IMG/VR virus record: IMGVR_UViG_3300031867_000069
DNA length: 57,325 bases
Origin: a virus
Strand: one strand, 5' to 3'
Below the pieces are notes generated by a model. The model was given only the letters and a program-made list of their open reading frames with translations. It was not told where the DNA came from and did not search any database. Positions 18,640 to 27,551 of this stretch are shown here, piece after piece (the stretch's first letter is position 1; every line of letters begins with the position of its first letter). The position numbers were made by a program, and so were the translations under genes.

Positions 18640-19236
18640 ATGGCAGAATACAAACCAAATTCTCACAAGTATAGAGAAGAACAGAATGCCGAAAGACAGA
18701 AAATACAAAAAGCTGTCAAAGGCAAAGTTAAAGTAAAAAAGAAAAAAGGAATTAATAAGTTAGCTGATAACTTTATTTCCGAAGATGTTAAGAATGTAAA
18801 GTCTTATGTCATCATGGACGTACTTATTCCATCACTTAAGAAAGCTATATCTGATATCGTTACGAACGGTATCGATATGATTCTTTACGGTGAAACAAGA
18901 GGTAAAAAGAAGACGGCTACCAATTATGTTTCCTACGATCGTTTTGCGGATAATCGAAGAGACGATAGAAGCAGAACAACATCAAGAGTAAGATATTCTA
19001 TCGATGATATCATCTTTGAAACTAAACGAGATGTTGATGATGTCATTCAAGGAATGGAACAAATCATTGATCAGTACGGTGTAGTAAGAGTTGCTGATCT
19101 TTACGATTTGGTTGGCATTACTGGCGATTATACCGACAACAAATACGGTTGGGATGATATTCGTACAGCAGATGCAGTAAGAACTAGGGACGGCGATTAT
19201 GCTCTTAGAATGCCTAAAGCCAAGCCTATTAAATAA
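18640..19236 (+). CDS. Hypothetical protein with basic N-terminus (198 aa)
   Basis: SD AGGAGTG. Long ORF with coherent composition. Confidence 0.65.
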   Translation: MAEYKPNSHKYREEQNAERQKIQKAVKGKVKVKKKKGINKLADNFISEDVKNVKSYVIMDVLIPSLKKAISDIVTNGIDMILYGETRGKKKTATNYVSYDRFADNRRDDRSRTTSRVRYSIDDIIFETKRDVDDVIQGMEQIIDQYGVVRVADLYDLVGITGDYTDNKYGWDDIRTADAVRTRDGDYALRMPKAKPIK

Positions 19237-19247
19237 AGGAGAGCAAT

Positions 19248-19508
19248 ATGAAGATTGAAAAGCAGGATATGGTTAACCATCCTAGCCATTATATTTCCAA
19301 GACAGGTCTCGAAACTATCGATGTTATCGAGGCTTTTACTGATGCCCTTAAGGGTATTGAAGCTACAGACACAGGCAATATCATTAAGTATATTTGCCGT
19401 TGGAAAGGTAAGAATGGAGTCGAGGATTTAAAGAAAGCTCAATGGTACTTGAACCATCTTATCGAACATGTTGAAAAAACTACTAAAAAGGAGAATAAAT
19501 TATCATGA
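19248..19508 (+). CDS. DUF3310-like phage protein (86 aa)
   Basis: The pattern VNHPSHY...ETIDVIEAF...GNIIKYICRWKGKNG.EDLKKAQWYLNHLI matches the DUF3310 signature as I recall it. Confidence 0.6.
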   Translation: MKIEKQDMVNHPSHYISKTGLETIDVIEAFTDALKGIEATDTGNIIKYICRWKGKNGVEDLKKAQWYLNHLIEHVEKTTKKENKLS

Positions 19509-20446
19509 AAAAATTAAAAATCACAAAAAATGTAACTAGAGCTTTTGGTAAAGCTAAACTACAGCTAAAAAAGCATAGTCCAGAAATCTTGGTTATTTCT
19601 GGTGTTGTTGGCACAGTTGCAGCAGGTGTAATGGCTTGTAAAGCAACTACTAAGGCTTCTGATATTTTGGAAGAAATGCATGAATCTATGGATCAGATTC
19701 ATAAAGTAAATGAAATGGCGGAAGAAAATGAAAACATTTCTTATGATGAAAACGATCTTAAGAAAGACACAACTATGGTTTATGTTCAGACAGGCGTTAA
19801 GTTTGCTAAACTTTATGGTCCTTCTTTAGCCGTTGGTATTCTATCAATCACTAGCATTCTTGTTGGTCATAACATCCTTCGCAAGAGAAATCTAGCGTTA
19901 GCAGCTGCTTACACAACCGTTTCTAATAGCTTTAAAGCTTATAGAGATCGTGTTGTGGATCGTTTCGGTAAAGATCTAGATCGTGAATTACGTTATGATG
20001 TTAAAGCAAAAGAAGTAGAAGAAACTGTTGTTGATGAAAACGGCAATGAAACTACTGTTAAGAATACTGTGAATGTTATTGATCCTAACCAAGTAAGCGA
20101 CTTCGCTCGAATCTTTGACGATGGTAACATTGGATGGGAAAAAGATTCCGAACACAATCTGGCATTCCTTAAGATGCAACAGAATTACGCGAATGATATT
20201 CTACAAACCAGAGGATATCTGTTCCTGAATGAAGTTTATGACATGCTTGGCTTTAACAGAACTAAAGCTGGTCAAGTAGTTGGCTGGTATTATGACGAGA
20301 AAAATCCAACTGGTGATAACTTCGTTGACTTTGGTATTTATCGTGGTGAATCTCCAGCAGTTAGAGCATTTGTTAACGGTGACGAACGTAGCATCTTGCT
20401 AGACTTTAATGTTGATGGTGAAATTCTTAACAGAGTATATGAATAA
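19505..20446 (+). CDS. Membrane-anchored protein, paralog of 17252..18025 (313 aa)
   Basis: Shares the N-terminal TM module and the RNLALAAAYT / RNAALATAYQ segment with 17252. ATGA overlap with the upstream gene. Confidence 0.7.
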   Translation: MKKLKITKNVTRAFGKAKLQLKKHSPEILVISGVVGTVAAGVMACKATTKASDILEEMHESMDQIHKVNEMAEENENISYDENDLKKDTTMVYVQTGVKFAKLYGPSLAVGILSITSILVGHNILRKRNLALAAAYTTVSNSFKAYRDRVVDRFGKDLDRELRYDVKAKEVEETVVDENGNETTVKNTVNVIDPNQVSDFARIFDDGNIGWEKDSEHNLAFLKMQQNYANDILQTRGYLFLNEVYDMLGFNRTKAGQVVGWYYDEKNPTGDNFVDFGIYRGESPAVRAFVNGDERSILLDFNVDGEILNRVYE

Positions 20447-20462
20447 TTGAGGAGATGATTCT

Positions 20463-20732
20463 ATGACTGGTAGAGATCTTGTCATTTATATTTTAGAGAA
20501 CCATCTAGAAGATAAACCGGTTATTTCAGAAACAGGTGAATTAATCGGTTTCTTAACCATTACCCAGGCCGCAAAGGAATTGAATGTAGGAACTGAAAGC
20601 ATAAAAACTTTGTTCCTATTAGGAGGCTTAGAAGGTATTAAAATCGGAGATACTATATTGCTATATCCTAAAAGTGTATATGATCGTAAAGAATTTAATA
20701 ATGCCAAACGAAATGAATTATTTGGATGCTAA
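20463..20732 (+). CDS. Small HTH DNA-binding protein (89 aa)
   Basis: The helix-turn-helix pattern LTITQAAKELNVGTESIKTLFLLGGLEGIKIG is excisionase/MerR-like. Confidence 0.5.
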   Translation: MTGRDLVIYILENHLEDKPVISETGELIGFLTITQAAKELNVGTESIKTLFLLGGLEGIKIGDTILLYPKSVYDRKEFNNAKRNELFGC

Positions 20733-20856
20733 AAGAAAACGTCATGTTGTCGGCGGTGTGCTAATTAGCGTATCATTTCTATTCGGAGGACTTGCATTAA
20801 CCGTATTTACCATTAAAGAAGATGAAAGGAGTTCTTATGAACAAAGTACTAACTAA
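20701..20856 (+). CDS. Small membrane protein (51 aa)
   Basis: ATG 20701. TM segment VVGGVLISVSFLFGGLALTVF. It overlaps the upstream gene by 32 nt. Confidence 0.4.
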   Translation: MPNEMNYLDAKRKRHVVGGVLISVSFLFGGLALTVFTIKEDERSSYEQSTN

Positions 20857-21322
20857 CCTATTTATATTTTTAGCAGGTGCAGCAGTAGGTTCAGGTATAA
20901 CCTACTATTTGCTTAATAGAGAAGACCAGTATGAGATTATATCTGGAGAAGAAACTGACGAATCTGAATCAGACGACGAAGACTCATCTAATGAAGAATA
21001 CTCTGATATAATCATCGATAATGGTTACACAACAGATACAAAGAAAGAGGTGGATGATAAAATGGAAAGCAGACCTTATGTTATTCCTCCTGACGAATTC
21101 GATATGATGGACTATGACACATCAAGTTTGACTTATTATGCAGACGGTGTTCTTACCGACGAATGCAACAATAAGATCGACGATATCGATGAGATTGTAG
21201 GTTTAGAATCACTAAAACATTTCGGAGAGTACGAAGATGATAGTGTATTCGTAAGGAATGACAAACTTAAAATTGATTACGAAATCTTATTAGATGTTCG
21301 TAAATATGAGGATACATTATGA
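20837..21322 (+). CDS. N-terminally anchored, highly acidic protein (161 aa)
   Basis: SD GAAAGGAG lies before ATG 20837. TM segment LFIFLAGAAVGSGITYYLL, then EETDESESDDEDSSNEEYSD. Confidence 0.6.
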   Translation: MNKVLTNLFIFLAGAAVGSGITYYLLNREDQYEIISGEETDESESDDEDSSNEEYSDIIIDNGYTTDTKKEVDDKMESRPYVIPPDEFDMMDYDTSSLTYYADGVLTDECNNKIDDIDEIVGLESLKHFGEYEDDSVFVRNDKLKIDYEILLDVRKYEDTL

Positions 21323-21873
21323 TTCTTGATAGCAATTTCGCTGATTGGATTGCTAACGATTACTTTGAATGGATTTGTAGTAAAGTATGTGAAAATAGAT
21401 TTCATGAAGAAGTATCTTTTAGAAAACTTCTAATGTGCTTACATGATATTGAATTCACATATATTATTAAAAATGATGTAAATCGTGAAGAAGATGGTTT
21501 AAATCTACGTTATAGATACTGTCTTCTTCATGACCACATGGATGATTTGCATTATTTAAATGGTCCATGTAGTGTGCTAGAAATAATGGTTGCTTTGGCA
21601 ATAAGATGCGAAGAAGATTTCATGTCTGACACCCGTTTAGGTAATCGTACCGCACAATGGTTTTGGAACATGATAGTTAGTTTGGGACTTGGATCTCAAA
21701 TTGATTATAATTTCGACAGAGAGTATGTTGAAAAAACTATCGACAGATTTCTTAATAGAAAGTACGAACGAAATGGAAAAGGCGGTTTGTTCACTGTTAG
21801 GAATTGTAAATATGACTTACGTAAAGTTGAAATATGGTGTCAAATGAACTGGTACCTAGACAACTTTGATTGA
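21319..21873 (+). CDS. Hypothetical protein (184 aa)
   Basis: ATGA overlap with the upstream gene. It sits immediately upstream of the replicase. Confidence 0.6.
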   Translation: MILDSNFADWIANDYFEWICSKVCENRFHEEVSFRKLLMCLHDIEFTYIIKNDVNREEDGLNLRYRYCLLHDHMDDLHYLNGPCSVLEIMVALAIRCEEDFMSDTRLGNRTAQWFWNMIVSLGLGSQIDYNFDREYVEKTIDRFLNRKYERNGKGGLFTVRNCKYDLRKVEIWCQMNWYLDNFD

Positions 21874-21891
21874 AAGGGGAACGTAAGATGA

Positions 21892-24800
21892 ATGATTGAT
21901 TTTTTAATGATTTCCACACGTAGTCCGAAACGTGGAATTATAGAAATCTATCCTAAATTCATTATTAAAGAAACTTCTGATCTAATGATTAGAGGTGGTG
22001 ATTTTTATGCAGTTTGGATAGACGAATTAGGTTTATGGTCCACTAGAGAACAAGATGCTTTACAACTTATAGACCACGAATTAAAAAAATACACTGAAGA
22101 AAACAAAAGTAAATTCGATGGACTTGTAAAGACTCTTTATATGTGGGATGCAGAATCAGGCATGATTGACCGATGGCATAAATATTGTCAAAAGCAAATG
22201 AGAGACAATTATGTCATGCTTGATGAAAAACTTATATTCTCTAATACTAAGACCACTAAAAAAGACTACGCTAGTAAAAGATTAAGCTATCCTCTTGAAT
22301 CGGGCGACTTCCCCGCATATGAAAAGATAATGTCTACTTTATATTCTCCAGAAGAACGTCATAAAATAGAATGGGCTATAGGTTCTATTGTTACTGGAGA
22401 TAGTAAAACTATACAAAAATTCATGGTTCTTTACGGAGCTGCTGGTACAGGTAAATCAACAATATTGAATATTATCCAACAATTATTTGAAGGATATTAT
22501 TCGGTATTCGACGCCAAAGCTTTAGGATCATCTACCAATGCCTTTGCATTGGAAGCATTTAAAAATAATCCTTTAGTAGGCATTCAACATGACGGTGACT
22601 TATCAAGAATCGAAGATAATACTAGGCTTAATAGTTTGGTTTCTCACGAACTTATGACGGTTAATGAGAAATTTAAGAGCACTTATTCCAATAGGTTTAA
22701 GTGCTTTCTTTTTATGGGCACTAATAAACCTGTAAAAATTACAGACGGTAAATCTGGTTTACTTCGAAGATTAATTGATGTTACTCCATCTGGTAATAAA
22801 CTTAGTTTTCGAGAATACAACACTGCTATAAAGCAGGTGCCATTTGAGCTGGGGTTTATTGCCAACCATTGCAAAGAAGTATATTTGAGCGATCCAGCTA
22901 AGTACGACGATTATATTCCTATTTCAATGATGGGAGCTTCGAACGATTTCTATAACTTTATTATAGATTCATACCATATATTCAAGAAGGAAAATGGAAC
23001 TACTCTAAAGCAAGCATGGGCTTTGTATAACACATATTGTGAAGAGGCTAGAGTTCCATATCCATTCTCGAAAAGGAGTTTTAAAGAGGAACTAAAAAAC
23101 TACTTCTGGGATTTCAAAGAAAGATTTATATCCGAAGATGGTTCCAGAGTACGAAGTTATTATGTTGGTTTTAGAACCGATAAATTTGAAGATGAAAAAA
23201 ATCCGGAGGGCAAAAATGATAAAAACAAAGTAAATCTTATCAGTTTCAAAGAACAGCCATCTATATTTGATACTTATTGTGCGGATTGCATTGCTCAATA
23301 TTCAACTCCGAATGAAATTCCGAACCAACCTTGGGATAAAGTAACAACTAAACTTTCAGACATCAACACATCAAAACTTCACTTCGTTAAAGTGCCTTTG
23401 AATCATATTGTCATTGACTTTGATATTAAAGGACCAGATGGTAAAAAGAGTTTTGAACGAAACTTAGAAGCGGCTAGTAAATGGCCTGCTACTTATGCTG
23501 AACTAAGTAAGTCTGGAGCAGGAATTCATCTTCATTATATTTATAGTGGAGATCCAACGAAATTAAGTAGTGTGTATGATGAGAACATTGAAGTTAAAGT
23601 ATTCAAAGGTAAATCTTCTCTTAGAAGAAGATTAACTAAATGCAATGACTTGTCAATAACTACTATTACGTCTGGATTACCTTTGAAAGGAGATACCAAA
23701 ATGATAAACAGGGAGGCTGTTAAAACCGAAAAAGGTATTCGTACTTTAATCAAGCGAAACCTCAATAAGGAATACCATCCTGGGACAAAACCAAGCATCG
23801 ACTTCATTTATAAGATATTAGAAGATGCTTACAATCAAGGACTTAAATATGATGTGTCCGATATGAAAAATGCAGTAATTGCTTTTGCCGCTGGCAGTAC
23901 ACATAAAGCCGATTATTGTTTGAGGCTTGTTGGCAAGATGAAATTTAAATCAGAAGAACAGTCCAAAGTTAAGGATGAAGACAAGACTTTAGTATTCTAT
24001 GATATTGAAGTCTTTCCTAATCTATTCTTAGTCAACTGGAAAGCAGCCGGCAAAGGAAAACCTGTTGTGAGAATGATTAATCCTTCTTCAGAAGAAATTG
24101 AAGACCTATTAAAGTTCAGACTTATAGGTTTCAATTGTCGTAGATACGATAATCATATTTTGTATGCTCGTTTAATGGGTTATACAAATGAACAGCTATA
24201 TAATCTATCACAAAAGATTATATCTGGTGATCGTAATGCATTCTTTGGCGAAGCTTACAATCTATCCTATACGGATGTTTATGACTTTTGTGCGAAAAAG
24301 CAATCCCTTAAAAAATGGGAAATCGAACTAGGTATTCATCATAAAGAATTAGGATTGCCTTGGGATCAACCTGTTCCAGAAGATATGTGGATTAAGGTGG
24401 CAGAATATTGCGATAATGATGTTATTGCTACTGAAGCCGTATTCGATACTAGACAGTCAGACTTTGTTGCTAGAGAAGTTCTAGCTGATGTGGCAGGAAT
24501 GACTGTTAACGATACAACTAACAGTCTTACAACTAGAATTATATTTGGTAAGAATAAGAAACCTCAATCTTCATTTAACTATAGAGACATGGGTGACATG
24601 TCTATACCTCATCAAAAATTCATAATAACAAAGGATATGGATTTATATCCTAATGATGAATTTGATGATTTTACAATATTTGATGAAGAAAATCGTCCTT
24701 TATTTCCGGGTTATAAATATGAAGCCGGAAAATCAACATATCGCGGTGAGGAAATCGGCGAAGGAGGTTATGTATATGCCGAACCAGGCATGTACAAAAA

Positions 24801-25842
24801 TATTGCCTTACTTGATATTGCTAGTATGCACCCTAGCAGTATTGTAGCAGAGAGACTATTCGGTGATTACACTGATAGATTTCAAGATATTTTGAATGCC
24901 CGTATTGCCATTAAGCATAAAGACTTTGAAAAAGCAAGAACCATGCTTAATGGTGCTTTGGCGAAGTATCTAACCAATGAAGAATCTGCAGCAGATCTAG
25001 CTCAAGCGCTAAAGATTGCCATAAATTCAGTTTATGGATTAACCTCAGCGCGATTCGATAATCCTTTTAGGGATATTCGAAATAAGGACAATATAGTTGC
25101 AAAACGTGGAGCTTTGTTCATGGTAAACCTTAAACATGAGGTTCAAAAAAGAGGATTTACAGTGGCACACATTAAAACGGATTCAATTAAAATTCCTGAT
25201 GCCACACCCGAAATCATTCAGTTTGTCATGGATTATGGCAAAATGTATGGTTATAATTTCGAGCATGAAGCCACTTATGACAGAATGTGCCTAGTCAACG
25301 ATGCTGTATATATTGCCAAATACGATAATGGTGAATGGACCGCTACAGGTACTCAATTCCAAGTGCCATATGTATTCAAAACTCTATTTTCACATGAACC
25401 AATTGAATTCAAAGACATGTGTGAAACAAAGTCAGTATCAAAAGGTGATTTATATTTGGATATGAACGAAAAACTTCCAGAAGACGAACACAATTATATT
25501 TTCGTCGGACGAGTTGGTAGTTTCTGTCCAATTAAGCCTGAACATAATGGCGGCATTCTATATCGTGTTAATGATGGCAAGTATTATGCAGCTGCCGGAA
25601 CAAAGGGTTACCGTTGGTTAGAAGCGGAAACCGTTAAGGTTCTAGAAAAAGAAGATTCCATTGATAGAACTTATTACGAAGCTTTAGTTCATGATGCAGT
25701 TACTGATATTTCGAAGTATGGCGATTTTGATTGGTTTGTTAATGGCTCAACTAAGATTCAGGAATCTGATTCTAATGATATTCCACCTTGGGAAGTCGAT
25801 CCTAGAATGGTTCTTCCTGATGACACATTTGATAAAAGATAA
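21892..25842 (+). CDS. Fusion replicase: P-loop (SF3/D5-like) helicase + AEP primase-polymerase + family B DNA polymerase with 3'-5' exonuclease (1316 aa)
   Basis: Helicase Walker A is VLYGAAGTGKST. The archaeo-eukaryotic primase (AEP) motifs are VIDFDIK and AGIHLHYIY. The exonuclease motifs are ExoI FYDIEV, ExoII FNCRRYDNHIL and ExoIII YCDNDVIATE. The PolB motifs are A LLDIASMHPSS, B KIAINSVYGL and C HIKTDSIKI. Confidence 0.85.
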   Translation: MIDFLMISTRSPKRGIIEIYPKFIIKETSDLMIRGGDFYAVWIDELGLWSTREQDALQLIDHELKKYTEENKSKFDGLVKTLYMWDAESGMIDRWHKYCQKQMRDNYVMLDEKLIFSNTKTTKKDYASKRLSYPLESGDFPAYEKIMSTLYSPEERHKIEWAIGSIVTGDSKTIQKFMVLYGAAGTGKSTILNIIQQLFEGYYSVFDAKALGSSTNAFALEAFKNNPLVGIQHDGDLSRIEDNTRLNSLVSHELMTVNEKFKSTYSNRFKCFLFMGTNKPVKITDGKSGLLRRLIDVTPSGNKLSFREYNTAIKQVPFELGFIANHCKEVYLSDPAKYDDYIPISMMGASNDFYNFIIDSYHIFKKENGTTLKQAWALYNTYCEEARVPYPFSKRSFKEELKNYFWDFKERFISEDGSRVRSYYVGFRTDKFEDEKNPEGKNDKNKVNLISFKEQPSIFDTYCADCIAQYSTPNEIPNQPWDKVTTKLSDINTSKLHFVKVPLNHIVIDFDIKGPDGKKSFERNLEAASKWPATYAELSKSGAGIHLHYIYSGDPTKLSSVYDENIEVKVFKGKSSLRRRLTKCNDLSITTITSGLPLKGDTKMINREAVKTEKGIRTLIKRNLNKEYHPGTKPSIDFIYKILEDAYNQGLKYDVSDMKNAVIAFAAGSTHKADYCLRLVGKMKFKSEEQSKVKDEDKTLVFYDIEVFPNLFLVNWKAAGKGKPVVRMINPSSEEIEDLLKFRLIGFNCRRYDNHILYARLMGYTNEQLYNLSQKIISGDRNAFFGEAYNLSYTDVYDFCAKKQSLKKWEIELGIHHKELGLPWDQPVPEDMWIKVAEYCDNDVIATEAVFDTRQSDFVAREVLADVAGMTVNDTTNSLTTRIIFGKNKKPQSSFNYRDMGDMSIPHQKFIITKDMDLYPNDEFDDFTIFDEENRPLFPGYKYEAGKSTYRGEEIGEGGYVYAEPGMYKNIALLDIASMHPSSIVAERLFGDYTDRFQDILNARIAIKHKDFEKARTMLNGALAKYLTNEESAADLAQALKIAINSVYGLTSARFDNPFRDIRNKDNIVAKRGALFMVNLKHEVQKRGFTVAHIKTDSIKIPDATPEIIQFVMDYGKMYGYNFEHEATYDRMCLVNDAVYIAKYDNGEWTATGTQFQVPYVFKTLFSHEPIEFKDMCETKSVSKGDLYLDMNEKLPEDEHNYIFVGRVGSFCPIKPEHNGGILYRVNDGKYYAAAGTKGYRWLEAETVKVLEKEDSIDRTYYEALVHDAVTDISKYGDFDWFVNGSTKIQESDSNDIPPWEVDPRMVLPDDTFDKR

Positions 25843-25870
25843 AAATTATATTTAAAGGAGATTAAAAATT

Positions 25871-26350
25871 ATGGAACTAACTTATGCACCTAGAGAAATT
25901 TTACAGATTGATGATGCTAAGATCATCTACAGAAACTTTGCAGGCAGAGGCGACAAGTATAATCGCGAAGGCGATAGAAACTTTGCCGTTGTTATCCCTG
26001 ATCAAAAAATAGCTAATGAGCTTATTGATAGAGGCTGGAATGTTAAGATCAAGCCACCTCGTGATGAAGATGACGAGCCATTTATGTACTTACCCGTTAA
26101 GGTTAAGTTTAATGATAGAGGCCCTCATGTATATTTGGTTACCGGTAAAAACAAGAATCGTCTAAGAGATGACGCAATTGCATGCCTTGATGACATTGAT
26201 ATTTCCAGAGTTGATCTGGACATTAGACCTTATGATTGGGAAGTAAATGGCAAAACAGGTAGAACTGCATATTTACAAAACATTCAGGTGGTTCAGGAAA
26301 TCGACCGTTTTGCGGCAATCTATGCCGAGGAAGAATATCCTGAGGAATAA
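25871..26350 (+). CDS. Putative ssDNA-binding protein with acidic C-terminal tail (159 aa)
   Basis: Positioned after the polymerase. The C-terminal tail is IYAEEEYPEE. The pattern YNREGDRNF..V.....A..L...GWNVK...LDI.PYDW..NGKTG.TAYL is one I recall from phage SSB-like families. Confidence 0.45.
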   Translation: MELTYAPREILQIDDAKIIYRNFAGRGDKYNREGDRNFAVVIPDQKIANELIDRGWNVKIKPPRDEDDEPFMYLPVKVKFNDRGPHVYLVTGKNKNRLRDDAIACLDDIDISRVDLDIRPYDWEVNGKTGRTAYLQNIQVVQEIDRFAAIYAEEEYPEE

Positions 26351-26379
26351 TTCGCGATATTTACATCGTGTATTATGAA
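26351..26379 (+). promoter_or_regulatory. Promoter-like motif TTCGCG-N17-TATGAA
   Basis: ttcgcgatatttacatcgtgtattatgaa, abutting SD AGGAGG. Confidence 0.6.
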
Positions 26380-26392
26380 AGGAGGCGATTAT

Positions 26393-26572
26393 ATGAAGGT
26401 CACTTCAAAAGATCTTGTTGAGATCGGTAAGTTATCAAAGGAGATCAAATTAAATTGGCACGAATCTGAAGCTAAAAAGAAATTAGCTTATGATTTGTTG
26501 AACGATTTAAATTCTAAACTTTCCGATCTATGTGGAGAGGTCATGGAGATGGAAGATGTACTCGCTATTTAA
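26393..26572 (+). CDS. Hypothetical protein (59 aa)
   Basis: SD AAAGGAGG lies before ATG 26393 (track ATG 26375 is inside the motif). Confidence 0.55.
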   Translation: MKVTSKDLVEIGKLSKEIKLNWHESEAKKKLAYDLLNDLNSKLSDLCGEVMEMEDVLAI

Positions 26573-26590
26573 AAACTATTAACAAAAAAT

Positions 26591-26627
26591 TGAGGGCTCA
26601 AGTTTAATAACTTGGGCTCTTCTTTTT
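26591..26627 (+). terminator. Rho-independent terminator
   Basis: 11-13-bp stem (gagggctcaagtt / aacttgggctctt), then ctttttt. Confidence 0.75.
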
Positions 26628-26812
26628 TATGGTGCCGACTTTATACATGTTCGGTTAAATGTCCAGCAAGGTTCAAACTAGGTCGTGAACTAGGGAGATA
26701 AGAGGAAACAGCCAAAATGAAAGGAAAATGAACGATATGCAATTAGATTTAATAGAATTATTGTAAACAATGCATACCCAGATATTTTCCTGATATTTGA
26801 AAGGAGAATAGT

Positions 26813-27121
26813 ATGACAGGAATACAAATGCAAATAGAAACCAGATTAAGACCTTGCTATATTAATATTGGAAAAGGTAATAAAGAAAAAGCTTTATTTC
26901 ATTGCTGGAGCCATTTTAGCAATGTTATCGAGCCATCACTAATGGTTGGAGGACACCCTGGAGGAGTTATCGCATATCCTACAGGAATTGTAGAGCTTGA
27001 AGACGGTAAAGTTATCGAAGTAATGCCAACAAATATTACTTTTTGTAAAGGCATATTCAATGACTATTGCTGGGATGAGAAAGGAGAAAAAATGAGTAAA
27101 GCAGGTGAACAAGATGTATAA
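26813..27121 (+). CDS. Hypothetical protein (102 aa)
   Basis: SD AAAGGAGAA lies before ATG 26813. Confidence 0.6.
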   Translation: MTGIQMQIETRLRPCYINIGKGNKEKALFHCWSHFSNVIEPSLMVGGHPGGVIAYPTGIVELEDGKVIEVMPTNITFCKGIFNDYCWDEKGEKMSKAGEQDV

Positions 27122-27341
27122 TTCTTCTACTTGTATATGGCCGGAGGGATTCAATTGTAAAGATTGCCCTAACCGGTCTATAGAACCAAATTGTCATACG
27201 ACCTGTGAAGGATATTTGGCTATGAAAGAGAATCAGGAAACTCACAGCAAAAAAAGGCGAAAAGAGTCTTCATACACAGATTACTATTACGAAGCCAAAC
27301 AACGTATGAGAAAACACAAAAACAAAAAATATTGGAAATGA
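27114..27341 (+). CDS. Cys-rich small protein with basic tail (75 aa)
   Basis: ATG 27114 overlaps the upstream stop. It contains C..C.....C...C in STCIWPEGFNCKDCPNRSIEPNCHTTCEGY. Confidence 0.5.
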   Translation: MYNSSTCIWPEGFNCKDCPNRSIEPNCHTTCEGYLAMKENQETHSKKRRKESSYTDYYYEAKQRMRKHKNKKYWK

Positions 27342-27353
27342 GGTTTATATTTT

Positions 27354-27551
27354 ATGAGCAAGCAATTAGTTTTAGCATGTGATTATTGCATACATAAAAG
27401 CGTATGCGGGAAAAAACATCTTTTTGAAGGTGCACAGAAAGATCTTGAACAATTTAATGTTCTAAAGATTATTAATGATAAAGATTGGATTACAGTCCAA
27501 CCTTTAAAATGTTCATATTATTTAGGTTACAGTGATATCAGTGATGAGTAA
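27354..27551 (+). CDS. Cys-containing small protein (65 aa)
   Basis: ATG 27354 lies after GAGG. Contains CDYCIHKSVCG. Confidence 0.5.
   Translation: MSKQLVLACDYCIHKSVCGKKHLFEGAQKDLEQFNVLKIINDKDWITVQPLKCSYYLGYSDISDE

Noticed and set aside
26628-26812. 185-nt gap after the terminator at 26591, containing small hairpins and a 12-codon ORF (MNDMQLDLIELL).
   Set aside because: Only weak, short pairings and no conserved motif copy. There is not enough evidence for an ncRNA or leader peptide, so it is probably just the promoter region for 26813.
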